In this document: in pieces, positions 40,741-50,287 of the stretch | Position numbering within the stretch: position 1 is the first letter of the stretch | Layout of the letters: every line of letters starts with the position of its first letter | Assembly (NCBI GenBank): GCA_963805625.1 | Contig: CAWDVE010000010.1 | Location: forward strand, 1,408,001-1,472,000 | Direction: 5' to 3' | Length of the DNA: 64,000 bases | Source: an uncultured Candidatus Rokubacteria bacterium | GTDB lineage: Bacteria; Methylomirabilota; Methylomirabilia; Rokubacteriales; DASRDR01 | Translations under genes and position numbers: made by a program | Notes under the pieces: generated by a model | The model's input: the letters and a program-made list of their open reading frames with translations, nothing else | Database searches by the model: none | Told to the model about the DNA's origin: nothing

Positions 40741-43700
40741 TCAGCGGCCTTCGTTCCGCTCGACGACCAGTACGCCAACGAGAACGCGTCCATGATGCGC
40801 GATGTTCTCGCCGGCCGACACCTTCCACCTCTCTTTCGTCGCGAGATCGTAGACACCCAACAAGATCCGATACGTCCCGGGAGTGGCGTTCGCCGGGACC
40901 CGGATCCATTCGTCCTGTATGAAGGTCTCATCCTCGAGTACCGGCCATATGGCCCCTTCATGCCTGTCGAGAAAGTGGAAGTCGCCTTGAAATCTCCGCT
41001 CCCCGTTCTCGATATGGACAAAGACACCGATCGCATGCCTTGGACCGGGATCGCGCTTCACCTTCCAGAAGTATCTAACCCTGACATCCTGGCCAGGCCT
41101 TGCCGGCTCGGGCCCGAGAGTGTAACCGCGAAACTCCAATGTCTTCTGAAACTCGACAGACGTCCTCACTCGAGGTTCGGTCAAGTCTTTCAGCATCCGT
41201 GACTGCTCGGCGGCCTCTTCCGTACGGCCGAGCCTACTGAGCGCGTGGATCAGCACTTGCCGCGCTTTGCGGTTGACCTCGTACGCACCCGCGGCCCTTC
41301 CGGAGAAGTCAAGGGCTCGATCAAAGCTCCCTTGGTCATATGCTTTTTGCGCCACCGCCGTGAGGTAGCGACTCTTGTCCTTGCGATCGGTGTTCAGGGC
41401 GCCCAGTCCGTTCCACCACCATCCAGGATCACCCTCCACCGCGTCCAGAGACGCCGCAGGCGCTTTGCAATGGAACAGAACCCACCGTCCGATGTCTTCG
41501 CGAGTCAGATCGTGGATACCTTCCTCTCTCATCAGGCGCTCAAATTCATCCGCATCCGAGTCTTCCAGAACGAACCCGGTCCTATCGCTCCATTGAATCA
41601 CCCGGCTCTTCAATCTCACGTAGAACTCCGGTATAGCGACGGTGAAGGGCGTGACCGTCTCGATTCTCTCTTGCGAAGCCTCCGATATCTTCGCGCTCAT
41701 CCACCGGTCCGCATACACTCTGCTTAGCCCCAAGTCGCGAATGCGCTGCAGTACATCCTGATCGCCAGCGCCCGCAGCAGCCCTCACACCCAAGTCCTCA
41801 TAGACATAGGCCTCGGCAATCATCCAGGGAAAGCGCGCATCATTCTGGTACTGGGTAATCCTTATGAGGCGGGCCGCGATGGGGGCGAATCTCGCCTCCC
41901 ACCGGTAGCCCCACTCCCATGCATACACTCTGGGTCCGCTCCAGTAGAGGTACTCCATCGGTGACCGTGTGACGACTTCGTGCCACACTCGTCCGTCCAC
42001 ACTTGTCTCGACACGAACGTCCATCGCGTAGGTGCCATGGTGCTCCCCTTTGTTCCAGAGACGCACCAATCCCACGTTGAAACGCGCGCCGAGATCGAAT
42101 TGGACCCACATCCCAGGTCTCTTGAGTTCGCCGCTCGTCCAAGACGATTCCATGTCGCGATCGAGGGCGTATCGCATGGCGTGGGTTTCGTGAGACGCGG
42201 AGGCTTGGAGACGGGTCACTGGAATCTGCCGGTATCGGCGATCCATCGCGTGCACATGGCGAACGAGGTCATAGGCCCCCAGGGGCTCCGTCTCATACGA
42301 TGCGCCGAGCACCTTCAGCGTTGGTCCAAGGCCGGGAGCTTCTCGCGGATAGAGAAAGGCGGGCTCCGGCGCTCGTTCCAGGGCATCAATATTGGGGGCA
42401 TATCTCTCAGCGATCATCTGCGAGGCGATGACGCGTTCGCGGGCGTAGAAGTTGAGGAGCTCCGAGCCGGGCGTGGAATGCACATAGAGGTGCTTTACTC
42501 CCTTGGCCTCGAGACTACGGACCAAGGCCAGATGGCCTTGCGTGAGCGCTTCGGCCCGCGGCGCATTGTTGACGACCCACGATGCGGTGGTCCATCCATG
42601 AAGCAGGAAGACTGCCGCACACCCGGCCCCGGCCACGAGCTTCCAGGCGCGGCGCGAGTGCACCAGCCAGAAGCCCACGGCCACGGGGAAGAGGGCGGAG
42701 AGTGGAATCGCATATGTAGGAGTACCTCTGCTGATATGAACACTTCCCGCGAAGAGAAGAGCGCAGATGAGGAAGAAGACCGGGAAGATGGCGGCATCCC
42801 TTAGGGGGTGCCGCCCGCTGAACGACCTGCGAAGGTGCCACAGGAAGAACAGCAGGGCCCAGCCATAGACGCCTGCAGCCAGCCAATGCGTGAAGGGGAT
42901 GCTCGATTGAAAGAGATCCCAGTCAAGATACTGCGGCACACGCTCGAAAAAGAGCAGATACAGACCCTCGGGAATAAGGGCTAGTGCATAACCGCCGCCC
43001 ATATTCAGAACGTTCGAGTAGGGATCGATGGCATAGAAGTAGAAGAATGGAGCTGCGCCAATGAAGAACGCCGGCAACGACAGGATGGTGCCTTTCAAGA
43101 CAGCGGGGGACCGTTCTCTCAACACCACGTAGGCGGCACCAGCCAGCAGTTGGTAGATCACGAAGGGGCTGGTCCACCATCCCACCCCGCCGGCAAGTCC
43201 CAGAAGGGCATACTGACCGGCCTTCCCCCAGGGCCCCTTGGCCAGGACGAGGCGGACAGACAACCAGAGGAGGACGGTGCCCAGCATCAGACCCTCGACA
43301 TACCCGCCGTGAGGCATGACGGTGTATTCCGAGAGGCGCACGGGGGTCACGATGTTCCAGGCGAGCGCCACCAAGGCGACCGCGGGGCCCAGCGTGTCCC
43401 GCGTCAGCAGGTACAATACAAGACAGAATCCTAGAAAGAACGCCAGAGGGGCGACATGGATGGACCACGGAGGAATTCCCCCCAGCACGAGAAAAACGGC
43501 CGCATGAACCATGGCCGACAGACTGCCGAACCAGTTCTGGCCGTAGTAGAAGATTGGGAACTCGCCCTTCTCGAGGATGTGCTTCCCCATCAAGAGCATC
43601 ACGGCATTGTCCGTGTGAACGTGATGCGTGCTGAAGGAGAACGCGGTTGGCGCCATCCAGATCATCCAGATGTGAGCGCCGGCGACACACAGGAACACGG

Positions 43701-43803
43701 TCGCAAAGAACAGGAGTTCGTTCCTTCTGCCCAGGCTGGCCCCAGAATCGATGGGGCGTCCGCTCGTGTCCAATCTGATGGGCTGCATCCGGGCGTCTAG
43801 CAT
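40741..43803 (-). CDS. Large membrane protein: GT-C (ArnT/PMT-like) glycosyltransferase domain + F5/8 discoidin + TPR-like + C-terminal Ig-like domain
   Basis: HTDNA..LMGKHI..GEFPIFYYGQ, about 11 TM segments; ALDRDMESSWTS..WVQFDLG..SVDGRVW discoidin pattern; PGTYRILLGVYD tail; visibly more AT-rich than flanks. Confidence 0.78.
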   Translation of the reverse strand: MLDARMQPIRLDTSGRPIDSGASLGRRNELLFFATVFLCVAGAHIWMIWMAPTAFSFSTHHVHTDNAVMLLMGKHILEKGEFPIFYYGQNWFGSLSAMVHAAVFLVLGGIPPWSIHVAPLAFFLGFCLVLYLLTRDTLGPAVALVALAWNIVTPVRLSEYTVMPHGGYVEGLMLGTVLLWLSVRLVLAKGPWGKAGQYALLGLAGGVGWWTSPFVIYQLLAGAAYVVLRERSPAVLKGTILSLPAFFIGAAPFFYFYAIDPYSNVLNMGGGYALALIPEGLYLLFFERVPQYLDWDLFQSSIPFTHWLAAGVYGWALLFFLWHLRRSFSGRHPLRDAAIFPVFFLICALLFAGSVHISRGTPTYAIPLSALFPVAVGFWLVHSRRAWKLVAGAGCAAVFLLHGWTTASWVVNNAPRAEALTQGHLALVRSLEAKGVKHLYVHSTPGSELLNFYARERVIASQMIAERYAPNIDALERAPEPAFLYPREAPGLGPTLKVLGASYETEPLGAYDLVRHVHAMDRRYRQIPVTRLQASASHETHAMRYALDRDMESSWTSGELKRPGMWVQFDLGARFNVGLVRLWNKGEHHGTYAMDVRVETSVDGRVWHEVVTRSPMEYLYWSGPRVYAWEWGYRWEARFAPIAARLIRITQYQNDARFPWMIAEAYVYEDLGVRAAAGAGDQDVLQRIRDLGLSRVYADRWMSAKISEASQERIETVTPFTVAIPEFYVRLKSRVIQWSDRTGFVLEDSDADEFERLMREEGIHDLTREDIGRWVLFHCKAPAASLDAVEGDPGWWWNGLGALNTDRKDKSRYLTAVAQKAYDQGSFDRALDFSGRAAGAYEVNRKARQVLIHALSRLGRTEEAAEQSRMLKDLTEPRVRTSVEFQKTLEFRGYTLGPEPARPGQDVRVRYFWKVKRDPGPRHAIGVFVHIENGERRFQGDFHFLDRHEGAIWPVLEDETFIQDEWIRVPANATPGTYRILLGVYDLATKERWKVSAGENIAHHGRVLVGVLVVERNEGR

Positions 43804-44432
43804 GACATCGATCGCTCACCGCGAGACAGTCCCGTCAAACGTTCGGTCCAGGCCGGATCCGACCGCGTGCGCTGGACAGCCGGCGCGTTGCGCCAAGTCT
43901 CCGCCAGGTACCGTGCGCTTCCTGACGCGACTTGGCCCAAGTGTGACCCGACCTGTCGGTCACAATTGATCACAATTCCGTCTACGCGACGGCGCGAGTC
44001 TGGACTAACCTCGCGTCACGATGCCGATGACCGCCGATGTTCCCAGGGCCGGGCGACGCCTGAGACTGCCAGTGTCGAAGGCGCCTCACTCCCTGTCAGC
44101 ACTTTTTTCACGATGCCGATGGGCCGCGATCGCGGGCACACGTGATCTTGGGTATCGTGGACGACCGGCGTGCTCGGTTCCGACCCCGCAGGTCTGCAAT
44201 CGGCGCGGGTGCGCGTCCCTGCGGAGTATCGCTACGGGCGACCGCGCACGCGACCGCACTCTTTGCGCGTGCACGGCGCGGTGCGGGACGGCCTGACCCC
44301 CACCTGAGCGACGAGCGCTTTAATGATCCGTGAGACTGTAGCGGGCCGGCCCCGACCAGAACGCTGGACACGCTGTCCAGGAGGCGCGGCGCCAAGATGG
44401 GGATGCGGGGGTCGGTGCGCTCGTCGTGATGG

Positions 44433-44810
44433 ATGCCGCGATGTCCGCCCGGGGCGGCCGTGACGGCGGATCTCCCGGCACGCCGGCGCGCCGTCCGGGC
44501 GGTAGCGGGTCTCGTCCTCGTGCTGAGCCTGGCTGCCTGCGCGGCCGACCGGCTCGCCCGCGACCTCGACGCGCGCACCGGCCGGATGACGCGGGAGGAG
44601 GCGAAGCGCCGGTTCGGCCCGCCGACTCGGATCATGACGATCGCGGGCCAGGAGGTCTGGTCGTACGAGGAGCAGGCCGTGATCGGCGCGCTCCCCCTGC
44701 CGGACTCGCCCCAGGAGGCGCCCGGCCCCTTCGTCGGCCGAGCGGTCCGGCGCCAGATCCTCCTCTACTTCGACGCTCGGGGCGTGCTCATGCACTGGGA
44801 CCGTTTCTGA
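44433..44810 (+). CDS. Small lipoprotein (SmpA/BamE-like pattern)
   Basis: LVLSLAAC lipobox, MTREEAKRRFGPP..EVWSY..LYFD; start may be GTG 44460. Confidence 0.65.
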   Translation: MPRCPPGAAVTADLPARRRAVRAVAGLVLVLSLAACAADRLARDLDARTGRMTREEAKRRFGPPTRIMTIAGQEVWSYEEQAVIGALPLPDSPQEAPGPFVGRAVRRQILLYFDARGVLMHWDRF

Positions 44811-44838
44811 CCGGCTGCGGCCGCGCAGCGCCCGAGAC

Positions 44839-44911
44839 GGAGGACACCATCGCGTTCAAGGATGTGCTGGTCCACGTCGGAACGAATCCGGCCTGCGCCT
44901 CGCGGATCGAC
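44839..44911 (+). pseudogene. Universal stress protein N-terminal remnant
   Basis: GGAGGA RBS then ATC (possibly decayed ATG) AFKDVLVHVG..PACASRID. Confidence 0.45.
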
Positions 44912-45132
44912 GACCCCAGCGAGGCTCCTGATCCAATGCCGCCAAGCGTTGTGCCTACGCTCCGGCCGGCGGACTACAGCGGGGTCGACGAAGCGATCGC
45001 AGGCCAACACAGCCACGACGTCGTGTCGGCGAGCCGCTCGACGAAGATGGACCCGACGATCTTGATGCGCGGCGGGCTCACGGCTCAGCTATAGAGGGTC
45101 GCCCTGGCCGGCGCCGTCCTATCGGCGGCGCA

Positions 45133-45335
45133 GTGCCGCCGGAGGTCGTCCTGTGCCTCTACCGGGTGACCCAGGAAGGACTGGGCAACGTCGCCGGCAC
45201 GCGGAGGCGCGCCACGCGCGCGTGACGGTGGGACGCGAGGGGGACGACGTGGTCCTGACCATCGGCGACGATGGCCGCGGGTTCGACCTCGCGGAGGCCC
45301 GGCGCCGGCAAGGCCTGGGGCTGATCAGTCTCCGG
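45133..45335 (+). pseudogene. NarX/UhpB-type histidine kinase ATPase-domain remnant
   Basis: LCLYRVTQEGLGNVA / RHAEARHARVTV..LTIGDDGRGFD..GLGLISL with one frameshift. Confidence 0.7.
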
Positions 45336-45593
45336 CATTCGCTCAACGGGCCACCCTGGCTGAGGATGCAGATTTGATGATCCTCGTGGCAACCCGGAAG
45401 AGTGGGATCACGGGGCGGGTCGCCGGGTTCAAGCTCCGGGCCCGCGACGTGACGCTTCCAGTTCACGCGCTTCCGCTGCTGGCCTATGGCTGGACGGCGC
45501 TGGAGAGCCGGCGGGGGGCTCGTGGGATGTCGGCCCGCGACTGGCTGCTCGTCCTCGGGCCGGCGACGCTCGTGATGTACCTGCTCACCTTCC

Positions 45594-45836
45594 TACGCCA
45601 GCCTGCTGCTCGCCCAGGGCGAGAGCCTCGCCTACGTCAAGGATCAGCTCGGGCACGCGTCCATCCGGCTGACCGTGGACCTCTACGGACACCTGGTGCC
45701 CGGGGGGAACCGGGCGGCCGTGGACAAGCTGGATGACGTGGAGACCCCGGAGGGCTCCGAGCGCCCCGCCGGCCCCACCGGACGCAACCCCCGCGCAACC
45801 GCCTCGGGGAATCCTGTGATTGGCGGCCTTTCTTAG
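45594..45836 (+). pseudogene. Tyrosine integrase C-terminal remnant
   Basis: YASLLLAQGESLAYVKDQLGHASIRLTVDLYGHLVPG (box II His and catalytic Tyr); N-terminal part absent; not in ORF track. Confidence 0.88.
45783..45800 (+). repeat. Arm-type tandem repeat, right
   Basis: CGCAACC-CCCG-CGCAACC, same spacing and orientation as 35769-35786. Confidence 0.65.
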
Positions 45837-46855
45837 GCGGATCGCCAGAAGAACTCCTTCTTGATGCGATCGGGGCTATCCCAGATGTCCGACTTGAGGA
45901 ACCCCGACTCCTTGGTCAGCTTGAGCTGGAGGATCATGCTGTCGACCTGCTCGTCCGACAGGCCGTGCAGCATCTGCACCGTCTGCCCGTACGCGAACTC
46001 CACTACGTCGCGTGGCAGCTTGGTGATCTCAGTCACGATCTCGATCGTCCGGGGCTTGTTCTTGTACCAAGTATCGACGGCCTCTCCTTGCGCGTCGTTC
46101 AGGTCCTTCGGTAGCGACGGGTTCTTCTCGATGAACGCGGGGTTGACGAGGTAACAGACGTGCACGGGGTGACCGGTGGCCCGACCCGTCGCTTGCCGCC
46201 ACAACTCGATGTGCTTGACCAGATACTTTCCGGCTCCGCTGAACACAACCTGCTCGGTCGTGGGTGTCCAGCTGAGCATGGCGTCGACGGCCTTCGTATT
46301 GAGAGCGTTCACCATATCGGGCTGTCCCGTCGCGGTCACGATCTGCACGTCCTTCTGGAGATCAAGGCCGTGCGTCTTCAGCGCGAGGGTGCGCATGTCC
46401 AGAAAGGCCGTGCTCCCGACGATGGCGGCCATCCTGCGGCCCTTCAGGTTTTCCAGCTTGCTGATCCCGGCATCGCTCCGTACCACGATAGCGCCGAGCA
46501 CCGCGGTGGCGACGCCCGTGACCTTGAGAGGCACCTTGTCCTCGAACATCTTGGCGGCCAGCGCGAAGGACATGTCGATCGCGTCGACGTTGCCCGCTCC
46601 GAAGGTGGCGATGAGGGGAGCAGGGGGCCCGCCGATCACGTTGTACTCCGCCTGCCAGCCGCGCTTGCCGAGGAGATCCTCCTTGTGGATGATTTCGCAC
46701 GCCGCCCAGCCGAGCTGGAGGTACGCGAAGCGCACCTTGCCCTTCCCCTGGGCGATCGCCCGGCGCGCCGGGAAACCGCCCGCCAGGGCGGCGCCGGCGG
46801 CGGCGCCGGTCCGCAAGAAGTCCCGCCGCCTCACGTGCCGTTCCTCAGGTCGCAT
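45833..46855 (-). CDS. ABC substrate-binding protein (SsuA/TauA/THI5-like), Tat-exported
   Basis: RRDFLRTG twin-arginine signal with AxA site; LENLKGRRMA, KAVDAMLSW patterns. Confidence 0.87.
   Translation of the reverse strand: MRPEERHVRRRDFLRTGAAAGAALAGGFPARRAIAQGKGKVRFAYLQLGWAACEIIHKEDLLGKRGWQAEYNVIGGPPAPLIATFGAGNVDAIDMSFALAAKMFEDKVPLKVTGVATAVLGAIVVRSDAGISKLENLKGRRMAAIVGSTAFLDMRTLALKTHGLDLQKDVQIVTATGQPDMVNALNTKAVDAMLSWTPTTEQVVFSGAGKYLVKHIELWRQATGRATGHPVHVCYLVNPAFIEKNPSLPKDLNDAQGEAVDTWYKNKPRTIEIVTEITKLPRDVVEFAYGQTVQMLHGLSDEQVDSMILQLKLTKESGFLKSDIWDSPDRIKKEFFWRSA
45843..45870 (+). repeat. Right att-like direct repeat
   Basis: CGCCAGAAGAACTCCTTCTTGATGCGAT; minus strand encodes RIKKEFFWR. Confidence 0.75.
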
Positions 46856-48947
46856 CGCCTGCCCTCCCTGCTTCCATGCTCTCGGGGTTTGCCAGAACGA
46901 GCGCGTCCACGGCCACGAGCCGGCCGCCCGACGCGATCAGGGGGTTCACGTCCAGCTCCGCGATCGCCGCGTGGTCCAGGAGAAGGTCCCCGATCCCGAC
47001 GAGGACACCGGTCACCGCAAGCTCGTCGATGGCCGCGGCCCCGCGAAACCCCTGGAGCAGCGCCGCCCGCCGCCCCTCGGCGAGCATCGCGCGTGCCGTC
47101 TCGAGTGCGAGCGGCGCGAGCCCGATCGACACGTCGCGGAGGAGCTCGGCCAGCACGCCGCCGAGACCGACCAGCACCGTGGGCCCGAAGGTTGAGTCGC
47201 GTCGGCCGCCGACGAGGAGCTCGAGTCCCTGTGGCACCTCCTCCTGCACCAGGAGCGGCCCCGGGCCGACCCGCGCCTCGAGCATGCGCACCGCCCGGGT
47301 CAGCGCCCTACCGTCCGCCACACCCAGGATGACGCCTCCCGCCTCCGTCCGGTGGAGCACGTCCGGTCGCGCCGTCTTGACCACCAGAGGGTAGCCGATC
47401 TCTCCAGCCGCCAACAGCGCCTCCTCGGCCGTGGCGACGATTCGCTCGCGGGGAAAGAGCACGCCATAGGCTTCCAGCAGCGCGCGGGCGTCGGCATGCC
47501 CGAGCGACCCCCGGGCAGTGGCAAGCCGCCCGACGAGCCCGGCTGGCAGGGCGGGTGGCGGGCGGTCCACGGGAGCCGTCTCGACCCGTCGACGAAGTTC
47601 CGCGTGACGAACGAGCGCCCGGTAGGCGCGCACCGCGCGCTCCGGTCCCGGCACGAGCGGGATCCCGGCCGCGCGGAGACGGCGGTCCATGTCCGGCGTG
47701 TCGACGGTGCACGCAACCACGGGCTTCCCGGTCGCGGCCTGCGCCGCCACGAGCGCGTCTGCGTATTCGGGACGATCGAGGCCGATGTCGATCGCGACGG
47801 CGCCCGAGACCTCGGGCGCGTCGAGGACCAAGCGCACGCTCGGCTCGAAGCCGGCGGGTCCCATCTGGGGTGTCATGTCGACCGGGTTCCCGTCGGCGCC
47901 GAAATCCGGCAGGTGGGCTCGAAGCGCCCGGCGACGCTCCTCCGGGAGCGCCGGGACTCGAAGCCCCGCCGCTTCCGCCGCGTCGGCCGCCACGACCGAG
48001 GGCCCGCCCGAGATCGTCAGGACCGCGACGGCCGCGTCGCGCGGCGGGCGGCTCCCGTGCGCCTCCAGCGTCACCATCGCGTCGAACAGCTCCTCGGTCT
48101 CCTCCACCACGACGATGCCGGCTGCCGCGAAAGCGGCTCGATACGTCTCCCAGGCCCCGGCAAGCGAGCCGGTGTGAGAGCCTGCGGCCCGCCGCCCCGC
48201 CTCGGCCCGCCCGCCCTTGAGGGCGACGACCGGCTTCGCTCGCACAAGCCGGGCGGCCGCGACGAATGCCCGGCCGTCCCGGATCCCCTCAACGAAGAGC
48301 CCCACCACGCGTGTGTCAGGATCGTCGCCGAGCCAAGCGAGACACTCCGTGAACCCGAGGTCGGACTGATTCCCAATCGAGAGGAACTTGGCGACCCCGA
48401 GCGATCGCTCGCGCACCTCGCGGAAGAAGAGTCCGCCGTAGGCTCCACTCTGTGACACGAAGGAGATGCCTCCGGCCTGCCACGGGACGTCCCAGAAGTA
48501 GGAGGCGTTGAGCCGGCCGGGCACGTTGACGACCCCCATGCAGTTGGGCCCGACGATCCGCATCCCGCTCGTACGGCCGATGGTCTCGATCTCCTCCTGA
48601 ACGACCCGCCCGGCCCGCCCCGTCTCGCCGAACCCCGAGGCGAGAATGACGCACATCCGACAGCCGCGCGCGCCCAGCGCGCGGATGGCGGGCAGCACCG
48701 CTTTCGCGGGGAGGCTCACGAGCGCGAGATCCAGCCCGCGCGGGAGATCCTCGACGCACGTGACCGCGTCACGGCCGAGAATGGTCTCGCCGCTCGGGTT
48801 GACGGGAATGATGTCGCCCGAGAAGCCCGGGGTGAGGAGGTTCTGGACGAGCCGGTGACCGAGCTTCGCGGGGTTGCGCGACGCGCCCAGCACGGCCACC
48901 CCGCGAGGGGCAAAGAGCGGCGTCAGGTCGACGGTCACCGGCGGCAC
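46845..48947 (-). CDS. ADP-forming acetate/acyl-CoA ligase family protein
   Basis: VAVLGAS, VGPNCMG, SQSG, GSHTGSLAG, C-terminal ATP-grasp ELDVNPL; start inferred. Confidence 0.9.
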   Translation of the reverse strand: MPPVTVDLTPLFAPRGVAVLGASRNPAKLGHRLVQNLLTPGFSGDIIPVNPSGETILGRDAVTCVEDLPRGLDLALVSLPAKAVLPAIRALGARGCRMCVILASGFGETGRAGRVVQEEIETIGRTSGMRIVGPNCMGVVNVPGRLNASYFWDVPWQAGGISFVSQSGAYGGLFFREVRERSLGVAKFLSIGNQSDLGFTECLAWLGDDPDTRVVGLFVEGIRDGRAFVAAARLVRAKPVVALKGGRAEAGRRAAGSHTGSLAGAWETYRAAFAAAGIVVVEETEELFDAMVTLEAHGSRPPRDAAVAVLTISGGPSVVAADAAEAAGLRVPALPEERRRALRAHLPDFGADGNPVDMTPQMGPAGFEPSVRLVLDAPEVSGAVAIDIGLDRPEYADALVAAQAATGKPVVACTVDTPDMDRRLRAAGIPLVPGPERAVRAYRALVRHAELRRRVETAPVDRPPPALPAGLVGRLATARGSLGHADARALLEAYGVLFPRERIVATAEEALLAAGEIGYPLVVKTARPDVLHRTEAGGVILGVADGRALTRAVRMLEARVGPGPLLVQEEVPQGLELLVGGRRDSTFGPTVLVGLGGVLAELLRDVSIGLAPLALETARAMLAEGRRAALLQGFRGAAAIDELAVTGVLVGIGDLLLDHAAIAELDVNPLIASGGRLVAVDALVLANPESMEAGRAGDAT

Positions 48948-48958
48948 CGCCGCGGTCG

Positions 48959-50287
48959 TCAGGACCGCGCGCAGCGCGTGAGCTCCGTGAGGTCCTCGAT
49001 CTCGTCGACGCGGCCGAGCGCATGCCGGAGCCGCGCGCTCTCCGCCGCGCCGAGCCGCGGCTCGGTGAGGGTCTGGAACTTCACGCCGAGCTCCCACCGG
49101 AGCCGCTCCGGGTCCCGGCCCAGTCGGAGATCTCCCACCTTCTCGTGGACAGACCCGTCCCGGAGCCGCACGACGACCCGGGCTCGCGTCTCGTCGAGCT
49201 CGGCCTGGGGAAAGAGACGCACTCGGCCCGCCAGCGCGCGCGCCGACGGATCCCGGACCGCCTCAGCGGTGAAGTGCTCCTCGCGGACGAGGCCCCGGAG
49301 GAGCGCGCTCGCGGCGCAGTAGGTGATGCTGAACTTCCCCCCGAGCCCGGTGTCGGGCTGGCGCTGATCGGCCACCAGCAAGGTCGTCCGGCACACGTCG
49401 AGGTCCACCGCCTCGATCGCCGCTGGGTCGAGGCGAGGGCCGAGGTCGAGCAGCGCCGTCAGGGCGGCGTGGGTCGCGAAGCAGCACGGGAAACGCTTGA
49501 AGAAGACCTCGTTCACGGCCCAGTCGTGCCCCAGCCCGTCGGCGAGGCGCGCCGGCGTCCAGTCCGGCGAGAGCCGTCGCGCCCACGCCGGATGGTCGAG
49601 GATGCCCGCTGGCCCCGTCATCCCGCGGGCGGCCAGCAGCGCCGCCAGAAGCCCGTCGGCCGCCGCGCGGCCAACCTGGAAGGGCTTCCCCATCGTGCCG
49701 AACGACTCGTGGATCCCTCCGAGCTGGGCCGCCGCCAGTCCGACCGCCCGGTCGATCCCCGGGCCGTCGAGGCCCAGCAGCCGGGCGCACGCGGCCGCGC
49801 CCCCGAGCCGCCCGAGCGTCGCGGTGGCGTGCCAGCCCGCGCGGTAGTGCCCCGGCGCCAGTGCGCGCGACACCCGGCACATGACCTCGACACCGAGCAC
49901 GAAGGCCGTGAGGACGTCCCGGCCGGGCGCCCCCCGCATCTCCGCGAGCGCGAGGAGTCCTGGCAAGAGCGGCGCGGTGACGTGGCCCGGCAGCGCGAGC
50001 ACGGTGTCGTCGTAATCCAGCGCGTGGGAGGCGGTGCCGTTCCAGAGGGCCGCCGTGACCGGTGAGGCCGTGCGATCCGTCCCGAGAACCGACGCTGGGC
50101 CCTCCGACTCGGGCACGGCCTCGCGGAGGAGGCGGGTCACCGGCTCGTCGACGCCGCCGACCGTGACGCCCCACCAGTCGAGCATGGCAAGGCGGCCCAT
50201 CTCGACGGCTGGCTTCGGCAGCGCCTCGAAGGGCGTCTCGGCGACCGAGGCGAGCAAGACGGCTCCGGGCGTGGCGGCACTGTTCAC
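48959..50287 (-). CDS. MmgE/PrpD family protein
   Basis: NGTASHALDYDD, GWHAT, FKRFPCC, GKFSITY; GTGA overlap with VOC stop. Confidence 0.9.
   Translation of the reverse strand: MNSAATPGAVLLASVAETPFEALPKPAVEMGRLAMLDWWGVTVGGVDEPVTRLLREAVPESEGPASVLGTDRTASPVTAALWNGTASHALDYDDTVLALPGHVTAPLLPGLLALAEMRGAPGRDVLTAFVLGVEVMCRVSRALAPGHYRAGWHATATLGRLGGAAACARLLGLDGPGIDRAVGLAAAQLGGIHESFGTMGKPFQVGRAAADGLLAALLAARGMTGPAGILDHPAWARRLSPDWTPARLADGLGHDWAVNEVFFKRFPCCFATHAALTALLDLGPRLDPAAIEAVDLDVCRTTLLVADQRQPDTGLGGKFSITYCAASALLRGLVREEHFTAEAVRDPSARALAGRVRLFPQAELDETRARVVVRLRDGSVHEKVGDLRLGRDPERLRWELGVKFQTLTEPRLGAAESARLRHALGRVDEIEDLTELTRCARS

Larger units (their letters stand above)
35679..45870. mobile_element. Decayed tyrosine-integrase genomic island inserted in the 3' end of an ABC substrate-binding gene
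   Basis: Imperfect 28-bp direct repeat at 35679-35706 and 45843-45870; integrase C-terminal remnant; flanking CGCAACC repeats; splits an ABC operon; many gene fragments. Confidence 0.8.
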
